Counted from the stretch's first letter, positions 20,510-32,835 are shown. The stretch is DNA of 48,763 nt from Sedimentisphaerales bacterium (GCA_963663805.2 CAXXMR010000028.1:1-48763), one strand, 5' to 3'. A program made the numbers and translations. The notes: generated from the letters alone by a model not told the origin.

Positions 20510-21025
20510 ATGGAGGCTTTAGAGGCAATTCTTTCTCGGCGGAGTATTCGGCGGTTTCGTGCTGATGATATTGACGATGAGCATATTCATCAGATGCTGG
20601 CGGCGGGGTTCGCGGCTCCTTCGGCTCATAATGAGCGGCCCTGGCATTTTATAATTATTCGGGAGCGCGAAACACTTCGGGAGCTGGTCCGGGTTCATCC
20701 TTATGCCGGGATGCTGAGTCATGCCCCGCTGGCGATTCTGGTCTGTGCGGATTTAGCTTTGCGTAAAGATGACACCGTTGACTATTGGGTGCAGGATTGT
20801 GCCGCGGCAACAGAAAATATTCTGCTGGCTGCTCACGGGATGGGGTTGGGTGCCTGCTGGCTGGGAATGTATCCTCGTGAAAACCGAGTCGCGATTTTGA
20901 AAACTCTGTTGGACTTGCCCGAATCGGTAATCCCGTTTTGTGCCATTGCGGTGGGCAAGCCCGCGGAGACCAAGCCGCCTTCACAACGCGAGTCGTCGGA
21001 CAGACTCCATTATGAAAAATGGTAG
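20510..21025 (+). CDS. nitroreductase family protein
   Basis: RRSIRRF, APSAHNERPWHF, DCAAATENILLAAHGMGLGACW; AGGAGA SD. Confidence 0.93.
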   Translation: MEALEAILSRRSIRRFRADDIDDEHIHQMLAAGFAAPSAHNERPWHFIIIRERETLRELVRVHPYAGMLSHAPLAILVCADLALRKDDTVDYWVQDCAAATENILLAAHGMGLGACWLGMYPRENRVAILKTLLDLPESVIPFCAIAVGKPAETKPPSQRESSDRLHYEKW

Positions 21026-21054
21026 TACAATAATCCGGGACCTGAAGGTTAATT

Positions 21055-21582
21055 ATGAAAAACAATAATATCTGGGCGCCGTGGCGAATGGAATATTTGC
21101 GAACTCTGGAAGACGACCCTTCCGGCAGGCCCGACGGTTGTTTTCTGTGTCACTATTGGTCGCGCCCGGAAGAAGACAAAAAGAATCTGGTTTTATGGCG
21201 GACCGAAAGATGTATGGTATTGTTCAACCGTTTTCCTTATACGGGCGGACACATGCTAGTTGCGCCCAGCGGTCATGTTAGTTCATTGCATGATTTAGAT
21301 GATGAAACGATGTTGGAGATGATGTCTCTGGCGCGCGATATTCAGACGGCACTTACGGAAACCATTCAGCCTCAAGGTTTTAATGTGGGTATTAATATTA
21401 ATCATTGTGCGGGCGCGGGCTTGCCCGGCCATCTTCATCTGCACGTTGTGCCACGCTGGGAAGGCGATACGAATTTCATGGCGGTGATGGGGCAGGTGCG
21501 GGTTATCAGTCAGGGGCTAGAAGACCTTTACCGCGAACTGTCCGCGGCAAGTGAAAAGCTGAATTTGCCGGGCAGGATTTAA
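21055..21582 (+). CDS. HIT family hydrolase (Ap4A hydrolase/phosphorylase-like)
   Basis: WAPWRMEY, CFLC, NRFPYTGGH, AGAGLPGHLHLHVVPRW. Confidence 0.92.
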   Translation: MKNNNIWAPWRMEYLRTLEDDPSGRPDGCFLCHYWSRPEEDKKNLVLWRTERCMVLFNRFPYTGGHMLVAPSGHVSSLHDLDDETMLEMMSLARDIQTALTETIQPQGFNVGININHCAGAGLPGHLHLHVVPRWEGDTNFMAVMGQVRVISQGLEDLYRELSAASEKLNLPGRI

Positions 21583-21602
21583 TAGAAGAAAGTTGTTTGA
21601 TT

Positions 21603-21869
21603 ATGGATATGACGATACGGGAATTTCAGGAACTGATTCGCAAGAAATATTATGAGGTTGACAACAAACGGGGGACGCCCAAAACGTTTATGTGGTTCAT
21701 GGAGGAGGTGGGCGAGCTTGCCACCGCTTTAGCCAGAGATGACCAGGAGAATAAGTTTGAGGAATTCGGTGATGTGTTGGCGTGGCTTTGCACACTGGCT
21801 AATATTAACGGGATAGACCTTAACGATGCGGTGCAGAAATATCATAGCGACGAGATTGGGTTCAAATAA
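21603..21869 (+). CDS. MazG-like nucleotide pyrophosphohydrolase
   Basis: EEVGELA and EEFGDVLAWLCTLAN. Confidence 0.88.
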   Translation: MDMTIREFQELIRKKYYEVDNKRGTPKTFMWFMEEVGELATALARDDQENKFEEFGDVLAWLCTLANINGIDLNDAVQKYHSDEIGFK

Positions 21870-21945
21870 ACGGGTTTGGGTGGTTCAATCCTGGTACTTG
21901 CGTTTTGGGTTGTTGTTTGAGCAATACGTTCTTATGCTGCCCGGA

Positions 21946-23805
21946 TTAATTCAGTCTTGTTGAGCCTATGCGATTGATTTCCGCGGGCAGTTCGCCTTGT
22001 GCGGTGGGGAGGGTTACGGTGAAGATAGCACCTTTACCGAATTCGCCGCCGATTTTTATATTGCCGCCGAGCATATTTACCAGGTCTTTTACGATGGCTA
22101 GTCCCAGGCCCGTGCCGGAATGTTCGCGGGTAACGGAGCCATCGAGCTGGAGGAATTTCTCGAAGATTTTTTCCCGGTCCTCAACAGAAATTCCCGGCCC
22201 GGTGTCGGCGACGACAATTTCGATATTCTGATCTTCATTTATTAGTCGAACGCCAATATCGACCCGGCCTTTCTGCGGGGTGAACTTGATGGCGTTGCTG
22301 AGCAGGTTGAACATTATTTGCTGGAGTTTGCCGGGGTCGGTTTCGATGAGTCCCAGTTCTGTGTCAAGATTGACATTGACATTAAGCTGTTTTTCTTCGG
22401 CCTGCACGCGGGAAAGGTTGATAAGCACTTCGATGATTTCCTGCACGGAACATTTTTCCCACTGCACCTCGACCCGGCCGGCCTCGATTTTGGCCAGGTC
22501 GAGCAAATCGTTAATAATCGCCAGCAGCATTTTGCCGGAGATAATCACATTAGACACATAACGCTGGGCTTTTTCGTCCTGACGATTGTCGGCTTGCTCT
22601 TTGAGAATTTCAGCGAAACCGATAATCGCGTTCAGCGGAGTGCGCAGCTCGTGCGAAACGTTAGCGAGAAACTCACTTTTGAGTTTGTTTGATTCGTAGA
22701 GTGCGACATTTTTTTCAGCTAATTCAACCAGCCGTGAATCTAGCGCCTGGTTGGTTTCACGAAGCCGGTCCTGAGCGAGTTTGAGGCGGGCGAGCATCTG
22801 ATGGAACGCTTCGGCCATGCGTTCGAACTCGTCTCCGGTTTTGATGGTTTCGGTGATGCCCATAGCTTCCTGCCAGAGGTCACGATCTCCGGCTGGTTTG
22901 GAAGTCACACCTCCTTCGTCATCTTCGTCTTCGGCGGGGGCTTCCTGGGCACCTACGGGAATTGTGACCCGGTCGGCAGCGCGACGCAGACGACGTACGG
23001 GACTGAGGATAAAACGCTGAGTAATCAGGTAGAATGTTACAATCGCACAAATGCCGGCGAGAATTCCCGCTACCACAATTAAGATACGGTTAAATAAAAG
23101 TGTGGTGCTGGTCTGGCCGGCTGGCAGAGTGACGGAAATCACCCCAACTAGTTGTCCCTCATTAAATTGAGGCGGTCCGGCAGTTTTTTCCGGTTGCGTA
23201 TCGTCGGCTGTTCCGATGCTGTGGCAGCCGGCGGCTAAACAGGTGCTGTCGGCGCGAACGGCACGCAGATAGCGGGAGGGCAGGCCCCAGCCGAGCGTTT
23301 CTTTTAGTTTACCGACGCTGTCCTGAGTGGTGTCTGTTTGTCGAGGCATGAACAGCACAAATCTTTCATTTTTACCGGGATGGGCCAGAAAAGTTTTTAT
23401 ACCCGATTGCTCGAACTCGTCACCGGGCAGTTCAACATCTTTGTCGCGTTTGCCCTGCTCGAGAGCGTTGGTGGGGACCGGCAGCCAAAGTGTTAGCGGT
23501 TGTTCGGTTGTTTCGCTATTATTTGTTTCGAGAGCAGGAAGGTTTGTGTTGAGCAGTTGATAATCGGAGCCCAGGCTAAGTTTCGGTGCCGGGGAGACAT
23601 TCAAAGAATCGCCAATGTTGAAATGATGCCGCAGTACATATTGAACCTCGGCCTGGGCGACCTCGCGTTTGCCCTGCTCAACGAGTTTGTCCATCCAGCG
23701 ATAGGGCACCAGCAGGGCGGCACCGATAATCAGCAGTACCGCGGCGGCGAAACCCAGCCGACACTTGGCCGCCAGTGACATTGAAGGTTTATACCATTTC
23801 GGCAT
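21946..23805 (-). CDS. membrane sensor histidine kinase (periplasmic heme-c-like sensor, HAMP, HisKA, HATPase)
   Basis: Two TMs; H-box FLANVSHELRTPL, N-box NLLSNAIKF, DTGPG, GTGLGL; periplasmic CLAAGCH. Confidence 0.92.
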   Translation of the reverse strand: MPKWYKPSMSLAAKCRLGFAAAVLLIIGAALLVPYRWMDKLVEQGKREVAQAEVQYVLRHHFNIGDSLNVSPAPKLSLGSDYQLLNTNLPALETNNSETTEQPLTLWLPVPTNALEQGKRDKDVELPGDEFEQSGIKTFLAHPGKNERFVLFMPRQTDTTQDSVGKLKETLGWGLPSRYLRAVRADSTCLAAGCHSIGTADDTQPEKTAGPPQFNEGQLVGVISVTLPAGQTSTTLLFNRILIVVAGILAGICAIVTFYLITQRFILSPVRRLRRAADRVTIPVGAQEAPAEDEDDEGGVTSKPAGDRDLWQEAMGITETIKTGDEFERMAEAFHQMLARLKLAQDRLRETNQALDSRLVELAEKNVALYESNKLKSEFLANVSHELRTPLNAIIGFAEILKEQADNRQDEKAQRYVSNVIISGKMLLAIINDLLDLAKIEAGRVEVQWEKCSVQEIIEVLINLSRVQAEEKQLNVNVNLDTELGLIETDPGKLQQIMFNLLSNAIKFTPQKGRVDIGVRLINEDQNIEIVVADTGPGISVEDREKIFEKFLQLDGSVTREHSGTGLGLAIVKDLVNMLGGNIKIGGEFGKGAIFTVTLPTAQGELPAEINRIGSTRLN

Positions 23806-23821
23806 TTAATCCGACTCCTGT

Positions 23822-25666
23822 TTATTCAAAGTCGCCCTGGCTTTCCGGGTCGCTTCGCTTTGATTGGTCCTGGTTTTTGCGAATTTTGTTGAGCAGGTCA
23901 TTACGACGCTGCTGCTGAAGGAACCGGGCAATTACCTTTTCGTTTCTGCTATCATGATACTTGATGAGGGCTGATTGCAAAGCTTTTTCTTTGCGACCGC
24001 GTGCGACGTAAATTTTTTGCTGGTTCGGGCCAAGTTCCGATACGAACATCGCGGTGGAAAGTGCCAGCGGTACCGGGGTGAAATCCTGAACCTGACGCAG
24101 TTGCCAGTTTTGGTCCAGCAGGTATTCGGTAAGCTGCAAAGCGTGCTGGTCGGTGCAGCCGGGGTGGGCACTGATGAAATAGGGAACCAGATACTGTTCT
24201 TTGCCAGCGCGACGGGAGGCCTGGAAGAATTTATTCTGAAACTGCTCGAAAAGTTCGAACGACGGTTTGCCCATGAGTTTTAATACCGCTGGGCAGGTAT
24301 GTTCCGGCGCGACCTTGAGATGGCCGCCGACGAAATGGCGGGTCAGCAGGTTGAGGTATTCGTCGCTTTGCAGGGCCAGGTCGTGGCGGACACCGCTGGC
24401 GACAAAGATATTTAGTTTGCGTTTTATTGATGAACCCAGACGGAGAAAATCTTCCATCAGCTTCAATAATTTTCGCGGGTCGGCGTTGAGGTTTTTGCAG
24501 GGGCTGGGGAACAGACAGCTGGCCCGGCTGCACGAATCGCTGTGGTCACAGCTCATGCCGTACATGTTGGCCGTTGGCCCGCCGATATCACTTATCGTGC
24601 CGCGGAAATCAGAATGGTTGAAGCAGCGTTGGGCTTCGCTGCGGATGGATTCGGGCGAACGGCTGCTGATGTGTTTGCCTTGATGGTAATAAATTGAGCA
24701 GAACGAACATCCGCCGAAACAGCCGCGGTGGGTGGTCAATGAAAATCTTACGGTTTCTAATGCGGGTATGCCACCCAGTGAATCATAGCGGGGATGGGCT
24801 CGCCGGGCGAAGGGCCGGTCGTAAAGACGGTCCATTTCTTCGGTGGTTAGGGGCCGAGCCGGGGGCATTGCCACAATTTGGACGGGCCCTTGGTCTTGTA
24901 TGACTGGTTTACCTTTAGGGTGGGCTTGATGTTGATAGTCAAGCTGGGCTTGCATGACCAGGGATTTATCTGTCTGTTGGTTGGTGAGCGAAGGCAGCGT
25001 TATAGCGGTTGAGGGAATTTCACGTCCTTTGTTGACGGGGTAACAGGTGCCGGGGATGTCGGTAAGTTTTTCGATGGTTTCTCCGGCGGCTAATCGGCGG
25101 GCGATTTCGGCGAGTTGCAGTTCGCCCATGCCGTGAACGAGCAGGTCGGCCTTGGCATCGATGAGCATGGAGCGTTTGAGCTGGTCCTCGATATAGTCAT
25201 AATGGGCCAGTCGCCGGAGGCTGGCTTCGAGGCCGCCCAGAATAATTGGTATACCTTTGTATGCCTGGCGAGCGCGGGCAGCATAGGCTGGCAGGGGTTT
25301 ATCGGGTCTGAGGCCGGTTTTTCCACCGGGGCTGTAGAGGTCGCGGGAGCGTTTATGGCCCATGGACACATAAGAATTCAGGCGTGAATCGACCGCACCG
25401 GAGGTTATGCCCCAAAAAAGATTAGGTGGGCCCATTTCCTGGAAAGGTTCGACTTCCCGCCAGTCAGGTTGGGTGAGAATACCGATTTTATAGCCCAAAT
25501 CAACCAGGTATCGACCCAGGAGAGCCACGCCGAAAGAGGGGTGGTCAACGTAAGCATCTCCGGTGACAAGGATTATGTCTAATTCCCGCCAGCCGAGCCG
25601 TTGCATTTCGCTACGGCAGGTGGGAAGGAATTCTGGTTGATTGTCTGGTCGTTTAGCTGGGCTCAT
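23822..25666 (-). CDS. ygiQ: YgiQ family radical SAM protein
   Basis: [59 protein letters not shown]. Confidence 0.92.
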   Translation of the reverse strand: MSPAKRPDNQPEFLPTCRSEMQRLGWRELDIILVTGDAYVDHPSFGVALLGRYLVDLGYKIGILTQPDWREVEPFQEMGPPNLFWGITSGAVDSRLNSYVSMGHKRSRDLYSPGGKTGLRPDKPLPAYAARARQAYKGIPIILGGLEASLRRLAHYDYIEDQLKRSMLIDAKADLLVHGMGELQLAEIARRLAAGETIEKLTDIPGTCYPVNKGREIPSTAITLPSLTNQQTDKSLVMQAQLDYQHQAHPKGKPVIQDQGPVQIVAMPPARPLTTEEMDRLYDRPFARRAHPRYDSLGGIPALETVRFSLTTHRGCFGGCSFCSIYYHQGKHISSRSPESIRSEAQRCFNHSDFRGTISDIGGPTANMYGMSCDHSDSCSRASCLFPSPCKNLNADPRKLLKLMEDFLRLGSSIKRKLNIFVASGVRHDLALQSDEYLNLLTRHFVGGHLKVAPEHTCPAVLKLMGKPSFELFEQFQNKFFQASRRAGKEQYLVPYFISAHPGCTDQHALQLTEYLLDQNWQLRQVQDFTPVPLALSTAMFVSELGPNQQKIYVARGRKEKALQSALIKYHDSRNEKVIARFLQQQRRNDLLNKIRKNQDQSKRSDPESQGDFE

Positions 25667-25900
25667 GTCGGCATTCTACCGTGATTTGCCTCAAATGACC
25701 ACTGTTCAGCCAGCATGATTTTCTGTCAGCTTGGCAGTTGGCTATGCCGGTTATGGCAGAATCAGGTAGATGAATTACGATTTGGATAGGGCAGGCGAGG
25801 CAGGCAATCATGTCGCTTGTTGCTGTAAAAATAGTATTAGAAGCAGTTTATGTAAATAATTGTTTTGGGTTTTAGTTGTGTGTTCAACGGTTAATGGTTC

Positions 25901-25916
25901 TGGCATATAGTTTGCT
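25901..25916 (+). promoter_or_regulatory. sigma54 (-24/-12) promoter
   Basis: TGGCAT-ATAGT-TTGCT matches TGGCAC-N5-TTGCW, with an AT-rich region upstream. Confidence 0.7.
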
Positions 25917-25967
25917 CTCTGAATTATGGATGACAGTTTTTTTACAGTTACAGAACGAGATATTACG

Positions 25968-26489
25968 ATGCCGCGGCAGCTTTCACAACCAGACAGCATA
26001 AACGTGCTGATAAGCGATACGAACTGGGCATGGCCCCAGGCGGTGGCGGAGATATTCCAGCCTCGGGGGATTAACGCTCTGGTGGCGGCATCGACGGATG
26101 ACGCGGTGGGGTTGGTGCGGAACAATAAAATTCACCTGGCGCTGGTGGATTCCACCGTTGAGGAAAGCCAGGGGCTCAAGACCCTTCAGGCGATTCGGCG
26201 GCAGGACAATCTTTTGCCCTGTATCCTGCTGGCTCAGGAACCCAACGAGAGATTGCTGGGCCGGGCGTTGGCATTGAACGCTTTTTCAGTGCTGGCTAAG
26301 CCGGTAGATTTGTCATTATTGGCGGCGCATATCGACCGGGTGTTCACCAAGCAATATGCCAGTAATGTTTTTTCGAGTATGGTAAACAAGATGAAAACCC
26401 AGCCGGTGAGTAATCCGGCCGGCCGTTACAGTATAAAAAAGACGGTAATAAGATGGACTATCAGGAAAAATGAAAGGAATGAACACTAA
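25968..26489 (+). CDS. single-domain response regulator (atypical receiver) with short C-terminal tail
   Basis: Receiver fold VLISD...LALVDS...LPCILLA...LAKP. Start placed downstream of the sigma54 promoter. Confidence 0.8.
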   Translation: MPRQLSQPDSINVLISDTNWAWPQAVAEIFQPRGINALVAASTDDAVGLVRNNKIHLALVDSTVEESQGLKTLQAIRRQDNLLPCILLAQEPNERLLGRALALNAFSVLAKPVDLSLLAAHIDRVFTKQYASNVFSSMVNKMKTQPVSNPAGRYSIKKTVIRWTIRKNERNEH

Positions 26490-26490
26490 T

Positions 26491-26775
26491 ATGAAAATCA
26501 GACCATTGGCAGATAAAGTTCTGATTAAGCGGATGGAAGCTGAGACCAAGACCAAGGGCGGTATTGTGCTGCCGGATTCAGCCAAGGAAAAACCGCGTAA
26601 GGGTACGATTATCAGTCTGGGCGACGGCAAGATGCTGGAAGACGGCAGCCGGGGCAAGTTCCAGGTCAAGGCTGGCGACGTGGTTCTGTTCAGCGCTTAC
26701 GGCGGGACTGAAATCAAAGTTGACGGCGAAGAATTTCTTATCATGGAAGAATCGGACATTCTGGCGATTCTCTAA
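26491..26775 (+). CDS. groES: co-chaperonin GroES
   Basis: [31 protein letters not shown]. Confidence 0.98.
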   Translation: MKIRPLADKVLIKRMEAETKTKGGIVLPDSAKEKPRKGTIISLGDGKMLEDGSRGKFQVKAGDVVLFSAYGGTEIKVDGEEFLIMEESDILAIL

Positions 26776-26792
26776 CGGGCAAATTTGCATGA

Positions 26793-28481
<1,689 letters not shown>

Positions 28482-28499
28482 TCAATTGAGTTGTTGTGA

Positions 28500-28533
28500 G
28501 CGGGCGTCTTTCGGGACGCCCGTTTCTTTTTTT
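28500..28533 (+). terminator. groEL intrinsic terminator
   Basis: GCGGGCGTCT-TTCG-GGACGCCCGT followed by a T-run. Confidence 0.9.
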
Positions 28534-28547
28534 ATGGAGCCAGGGTA

Positions 28548-28865
28548 ATGTTTCGAAAATCCGTATATTTTCGCGGGGTGGGTGGGGCGAGTCCTTTTTC
28601 GTCCCTGATGAGCGGCACGATTCGCACTTTTATTTCTCTGGCTTTGACTTTGGTGGGTCTGGCGGTCTTTTTTCTGCTGTTCCCTTTCATATTGATGGTT
28701 CTGGTGGTGGGGCTGCTGGGGTTTGGGGCGATTATAAGTCTGATTGTCGCGTTGTCTATTTACCGGCAAAGTAGAATAAATCGGTCGGAAGTTAGTGAGG
28801 ACGGGCCTTCCGATAATCATCGCAAGCACGTTGATGTTGATGTAATCTCTTCTTCTGATATGTAG
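28548..28865 (+). CDS. small membrane protein
   Basis: GGAG SD; two hydrophobic helices; acidic tail. Confidence 0.65.
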   Translation: MFRKSVYFRGVGGASPFSSLMSGTIRTFISLALTLVGLAVFFLLFPFILMVLVVGLLGFGAIISLIVALSIYRQSRINRSEVSEDGPSDNHRKHVDVDVISSSDM

Positions 28866-29198
28866 ATTAGAGCCGGGGTGGACAATAATATCTGTTTTCT
28901 GGGGTCTTATCGGTTGAAATTTACTTTGGGGTATTTTTGCGCTATATAATTTCTAATAGAGAGAGAAAAAAAGACGTTAATCCTACCCCAGCCCCCTGGC
29001 CTACCATACCACTGACGCGTAAAACCGTACTAATAACACTGAAAACAAGGTCCAAAAAGTGCCCAAAAGCATTACTTCAGTATGGGCGGGGATTTATGTC
29101 AAACGTGTGAAATATCCGCATATCAATCTCCACAATAATTCCTATGATAGCGTATAAGCATATTATTATTATGTGGTTAGGGTTGAAAAGGATTTTTC

Positions 29199-29227
29199 TT
29201 GACTTATAGCAAACGTTTGCGTAATAT
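29199..29227 (+). promoter_or_regulatory. sigma70 promoter with a LacI-family operator in the spacer
   Basis: TTGACT-N17-TAATAT, with the perfect palindrome GCAAACGTTTGC at 29209-29220. Confidence 0.8.
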
Positions 29228-29274
29228 TGAGAGGTAAATTAAAGTTGGTAACGTATTTAGCGGATATATCAAAA

Positions 29275-30324
29275 GTGCCACCAATTAACCTCGACAGCGA
29301 AATAACTATCACGAGTATGGCCGAGCATCTCAATCTGAGTGCCTCGACGGTCAGTAAGGCCCTGCGCGGTGTGAAGGGTGTCAATAGAGACACCGAGACG
29401 CGTGTTAAGAAGTTAGCGGACCAGCTGGGCTATCGTCCCAATATGTTTGCCCGGGGACTGAAGAATAAGAAAAGTCACCTGATAGGTTTTCTGCTTACCG
29501 CCGAACTGACCAGTCCGTGGTATGCCGAACTGATAAGCTGCGTTGAAGCCAAGCTGCGTATCGCCGGCTATACGATGATGCTGGGTATCGGCAACCGCAA
29601 TGAAGTCAGCGAGATGGACTGCTTTGAGATGTTCGCGGGTTCTTTTCTGGCGGGCATAATCGCCGGGCCTTTGTATACCTATCGCGATTACGCGCTTTTC
29701 CGTGACCGTGTTGATACCCGTCGTACCCCGCTGATTGCTTTTGCCTGCACGGAAGATGTGCCGGTCAGTCATGTCAAAATAAACCATATTTCGGCGGCTT
29801 ATCAATCGGTGGAATATCTGGTTAAGCAGGGGCATCGGCGTATTGGTTATTTTTGTTGTTCGAGCCGGGCGGTGCGGGCTGGCGGTCTGACGCGTCAGGC
29901 TGGTTTTGAGATGGCTATGCAGGAGTTTGGTTTGCCGATAGCGGCGCGGGACCTGGTGATAGGCGATATGAAGACCTATGAAACCGGTTACAAGGTTATG
30001 GACAAACTTCTTAAAGAACGGAAGGGTGATTTACCTACCGCGTTTTTCTGTCATAACGATGAAGTTGCCTTGGGGGCTATGGAGGCATTACGGCTAAACG
30101 GCGTGAGAGTCCCGGAAGATATTTCGCTGATAGGCCACGACGATATCAAGCGAGCGTCACTGTCGGTGCCGGGCCTGACAACCGTGGGCGGGATTATGGA
30201 AGAATTAACCGAAAAACTTTCGGACATGCTTTTTGCCAGCCTGGAAGGGCAGACGGGAGAAATAGAAACGGCTTCGATAGAGCCGCATCTGGTAATAAGA
30301 GAAAGTGTAAAACGGTGCTGCTAA
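29275..30324 (+). CDS. LacI family transcriptional regulator
   Basis: HTH TITSMAEHLNLSASTVSKAL, LGYRPN, PTAFFCHND, VPEDISLIGHDD. GTG29275 chosen because TTG29227 overlaps the -10 box. Confidence 0.93.
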   Translation: MPPINLDSEITITSMAEHLNLSASTVSKALRGVKGVNRDTETRVKKLADQLGYRPNMFARGLKNKKSHLIGFLLTAELTSPWYAELISCVEAKLRIAGYTMMLGIGNRNEVSEMDCFEMFAGSFLAGIIAGPLYTYRDYALFRDRVDTRRTPLIAFACTEDVPVSHVKINHISAAYQSVEYLVKQGHRRIGYFCCSSRAVRAGGLTRQAGFEMAMQEFGLPIAARDLVIGDMKTYETGYKVMDKLLKERKGDLPTAFFCHNDEVALGAMEALRLNGVRVPEDISLIGHDDIKRASLSVPGLTTVGGIMEELTEKLSDMLFASLEGQTGEIETASIEPHLVIRESVKRCC

Positions 30325-30370
30325 CTGAGGGCAGCAGGTATTTTTTATTCCTTAACAGGAAAGGAGATTT

Positions 30371-32821
30371 ATGATGTTTAAGAGAATGTTAGTTGTAACG
30401 GTGGTATTGGCGATGCCCTGGACGGCATTTGCGGTGAACTACACTTGGTTCAATACTACGACCAACCAGAATTTCGTGGACCCCGCCAACTGGAGCCCTC
30501 CGGGTGGTACGTTCACAACCTCTGATAGTTTCTACATCGACATGGACGGGACCGGTGCAGCGATTATCAGTAGTGACGCTATAGGCGGCAGTGTAAGGGT
30601 TGGTAACGCGGCCAATTCCAGTGGCGAATTGCTTATCACCGGCGGTGATTCTGTTTTCAACGGTTCGTTTGGAGTGGGACAAAACGCGACGGCCTATGGT
30701 AAATTGACCATCAGCGGCGGCAGTACCACTTTCTACGGCAATTATTTCACGGTTGCTGAATATGGTACCGCTGAAGTGGAAATGACCGATGGTTTTCTGG
30801 GTCTGAACCGCATGACTCTGGCCACCAAAGCCGGTGCGGTTAGTTCTTTCAGCATAAGCGGTGGTGAAATAACCGCTACAACCGGTGACCAGCATATAAC
30901 CTGCGGCGCTAAGGGGGTCGGGGTTATGAATATCAGCGGGACCGCACTTATTACTGTCGGCGGGCTTTTTAGGATTGGTTTGGGTGACCACTCTGACCCT
31001 AACGAGGATGCAAGCTGCTACGTGAGCGGCGGTACTCTTAGCGTTGGTGGTGACATGCAGATTGGTGAAAGCAGCTATGGTATGCTGGATATGAGCGGCG
31101 GTACTGTTTCGGCCGCGACATTAAATATTGGTCGTACCGACAGCGGCGACATGTTCTTGAGTGGCGGAAGTATAAACATAGCCGGTTGGTCTGCGGTTGG
31201 TAATGACAGTGCCGGTTCGCTGGAAATCAGCGGCACCGGTGAGTTTATTGGCGACAGAATGCAGGTTGGTCAGGATGATGGGCCGGGCACTTTAACCATA
31301 ACCGGCGGCTCTTTATCTCTGGCTAATTACTTCACAATTGGTAATGAGAATACCGGTACTTTGGCTGTTAGCGGTGGTACTGTTCATGTTGACAGAAGCA
31401 CCCTGGGGCAAGCTGCCACTGGTGTTGCGGACGTGACAATCAGCGGTGATGCTCAGGTTCTGGTTGACGATAATGTTCAGGTTGGTCGTGACGGTGTCGC
31501 GAACCTGACTCTTGAAGGTGATCAAGCCAGCTATACCTGCGGTTCAATGACGCAGAATGCCGCATCTACATTAGCATTTGTACTGAATGGCGCAGCTGGT
31601 GTTGACAATGGTATTCTGGTACGTGAGCGAATTGAGGACGAAGCACGCGTCGGTGGTTCTGCTACGCTGTTAGGGACGATTGACCCTTCGTTTGCCAGCG
31701 GCACCGAAGTAGGCGGTTCTTATATCGTCCTGGCCGCCAGTTCGATTGATGATACTAATACAGGTACGGGCGGGGCTGATACCCTGGCTCTTTCCACTGC
31801 GGCAGAAACAGCCGGTTGGGAAATGGATATTCTGAGCGTTGGTTACGACCTGCTGGTAGTTTCGTATCCGGGTTCGGGCAGTACGGTTGCCTGGACCAAC
31901 GGCGGCGGCGACCAGTTATGGAGTACTTCGGGTAACTGGACCGGTACGATCGGCGTAGATGACGCAGCGATTATCGACCTGGACGGTGCCAACGGTGCGA
32001 TACTGAATTCTTCCGCTCTGGCTAATACCGCGGTGGTCGGCTATGCCGCTTCCGGGGCAATGGATGTTAATACCGGTGCGAACGGCCAGTTTGTCAATAT
32101 GGCAGTGGGTGCCGAGGCCGGCAGTACCGGTACGGTTGTTGTCAATGATGGCACTGTCACGGTTTCCAATGCTGTGGCCATTGGTCAGGAAGGCGATGGC
32201 TCGCTGACCCTTAGCGGCGGTACTTTCTCTGCGAAGAATATGGTCGTCGGTACCGGTGCTGACAGTTCGTCAGAAGTTATTATCGAAAACGATGCTGCTC
32301 TCAATGTCGATGGTATTTTGGGTCTGGGCGCTGGCGGCAGTATGACAATCACCAGCTATCAGACTTCGGTTAATGTCGGCAGCTTCGGCATGGCTGAAGG
32401 TTCTAATTTGACTTTGGGCTTTGATGGTGCGTTGGGTATCGGCAATGGTATTGTCGCTACCGGCGATGTTCAGCTTGAAGGTACTATCAGCATCGAGTTC
32501 CTGACCGGTAATCGTCAGGAAGGCACTTACACTGTGCTGACCACAGACGGGATTATTCTGGATAATACCGGCGGTGATTTGGTTGACACGGTTTTCTGCG
32601 ACTCTGAGATTGTGGAAAACGCCGGCAAACAGGAACTGCGGATTGTCATCGGGCGTCCCACCGATTGCCAGGACTTGATTGATAACGGCTATGGTCTGCC
32701 TTATGACTTCACTGAAGACTGCGTTGTTGATATTCAGGACTTTGCGGTATTCGCGGCCCATTGGCTGTGGTGCAATGATCCTGACCCGCTGGCGACCGGT
32801 TGTGACTGGCAGTTACATTAA
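30371..32821 (+). CDS. secreted beta-helix/passenger-like repeat protein with C-terminal dockerin/EF-hand-like tag
   Basis: Signal peptide ...TAFA; many G-x-L-x-I-S-GG repeats; C-terminal DFTEDCVVDIQDFAVFAAHWLWC; AAGGAG SD. Confidence 0.85.
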   Translation: MMFKRMLVVTVVLAMPWTAFAVNYTWFNTTTNQNFVDPANWSPPGGTFTTSDSFYIDMDGTGAAIISSDAIGGSVRVGNAANSSGELLITGGDSVFNGSFGVGQNATAYGKLTISGGSTTFYGNYFTVAEYGTAEVEMTDGFLGLNRMTLATKAGAVSSFSISGGEITATTGDQHITCGAKGVGVMNISGTALITVGGLFRIGLGDHSDPNEDASCYVSGGTLSVGGDMQIGESSYGMLDMSGGTVSAATLNIGRTDSGDMFLSGGSINIAGWSAVGNDSAGSLEISGTGEFIGDRMQVGQDDGPGTLTITGGSLSLANYFTIGNENTGTLAVSGGTVHVDRSTLGQAATGVADVTISGDAQVLVDDNVQVGRDGVANLTLEGDQASYTCGSMTQNAASTLAFVLNGAAGVDNGILVRERIEDEARVGGSATLLGTIDPSFASGTEVGGSYIVLAASSIDDTNTGTGGADTLALSTAAETAGWEMDILSVGYDLLVVSYPGSGSTVAWTNGGGDQLWSTSGNWTGTIGVDDAAIIDLDGANGAILNSSALANTAVVGYAASGAMDVNTGANGQFVNMAVGAEAGSTGTVVVNDGTVTVSNAVAIGQEGDGSLTLSGGTFSAKNMVVGTGADSSSEVIIENDAALNVDGILGLGAGGSMTITSYQTSVNVGSFGMAEGSNLTLGFDGALGIGNGIVATGDVQLEGTISIEFLTGNRQEGTYTVLTTDGIILDNTGGDLVDTVFCDSEIVENAGKQELRIVIGRPTDCQDLIDNGYGLPYDFTEDCVVDIQDFAVFAAHWLWCNDPDPLATGCDWQLH

Positions 32822-32835
32822 CTATTACCTTTGTT

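Noticed and set aside
25700..26490. CIRCE element before groES
   Set aside because: No TTAGCACTC-N9-GAGTGCTAA found; the TGGCA-containing sequence fits a sigma54 promoter instead.
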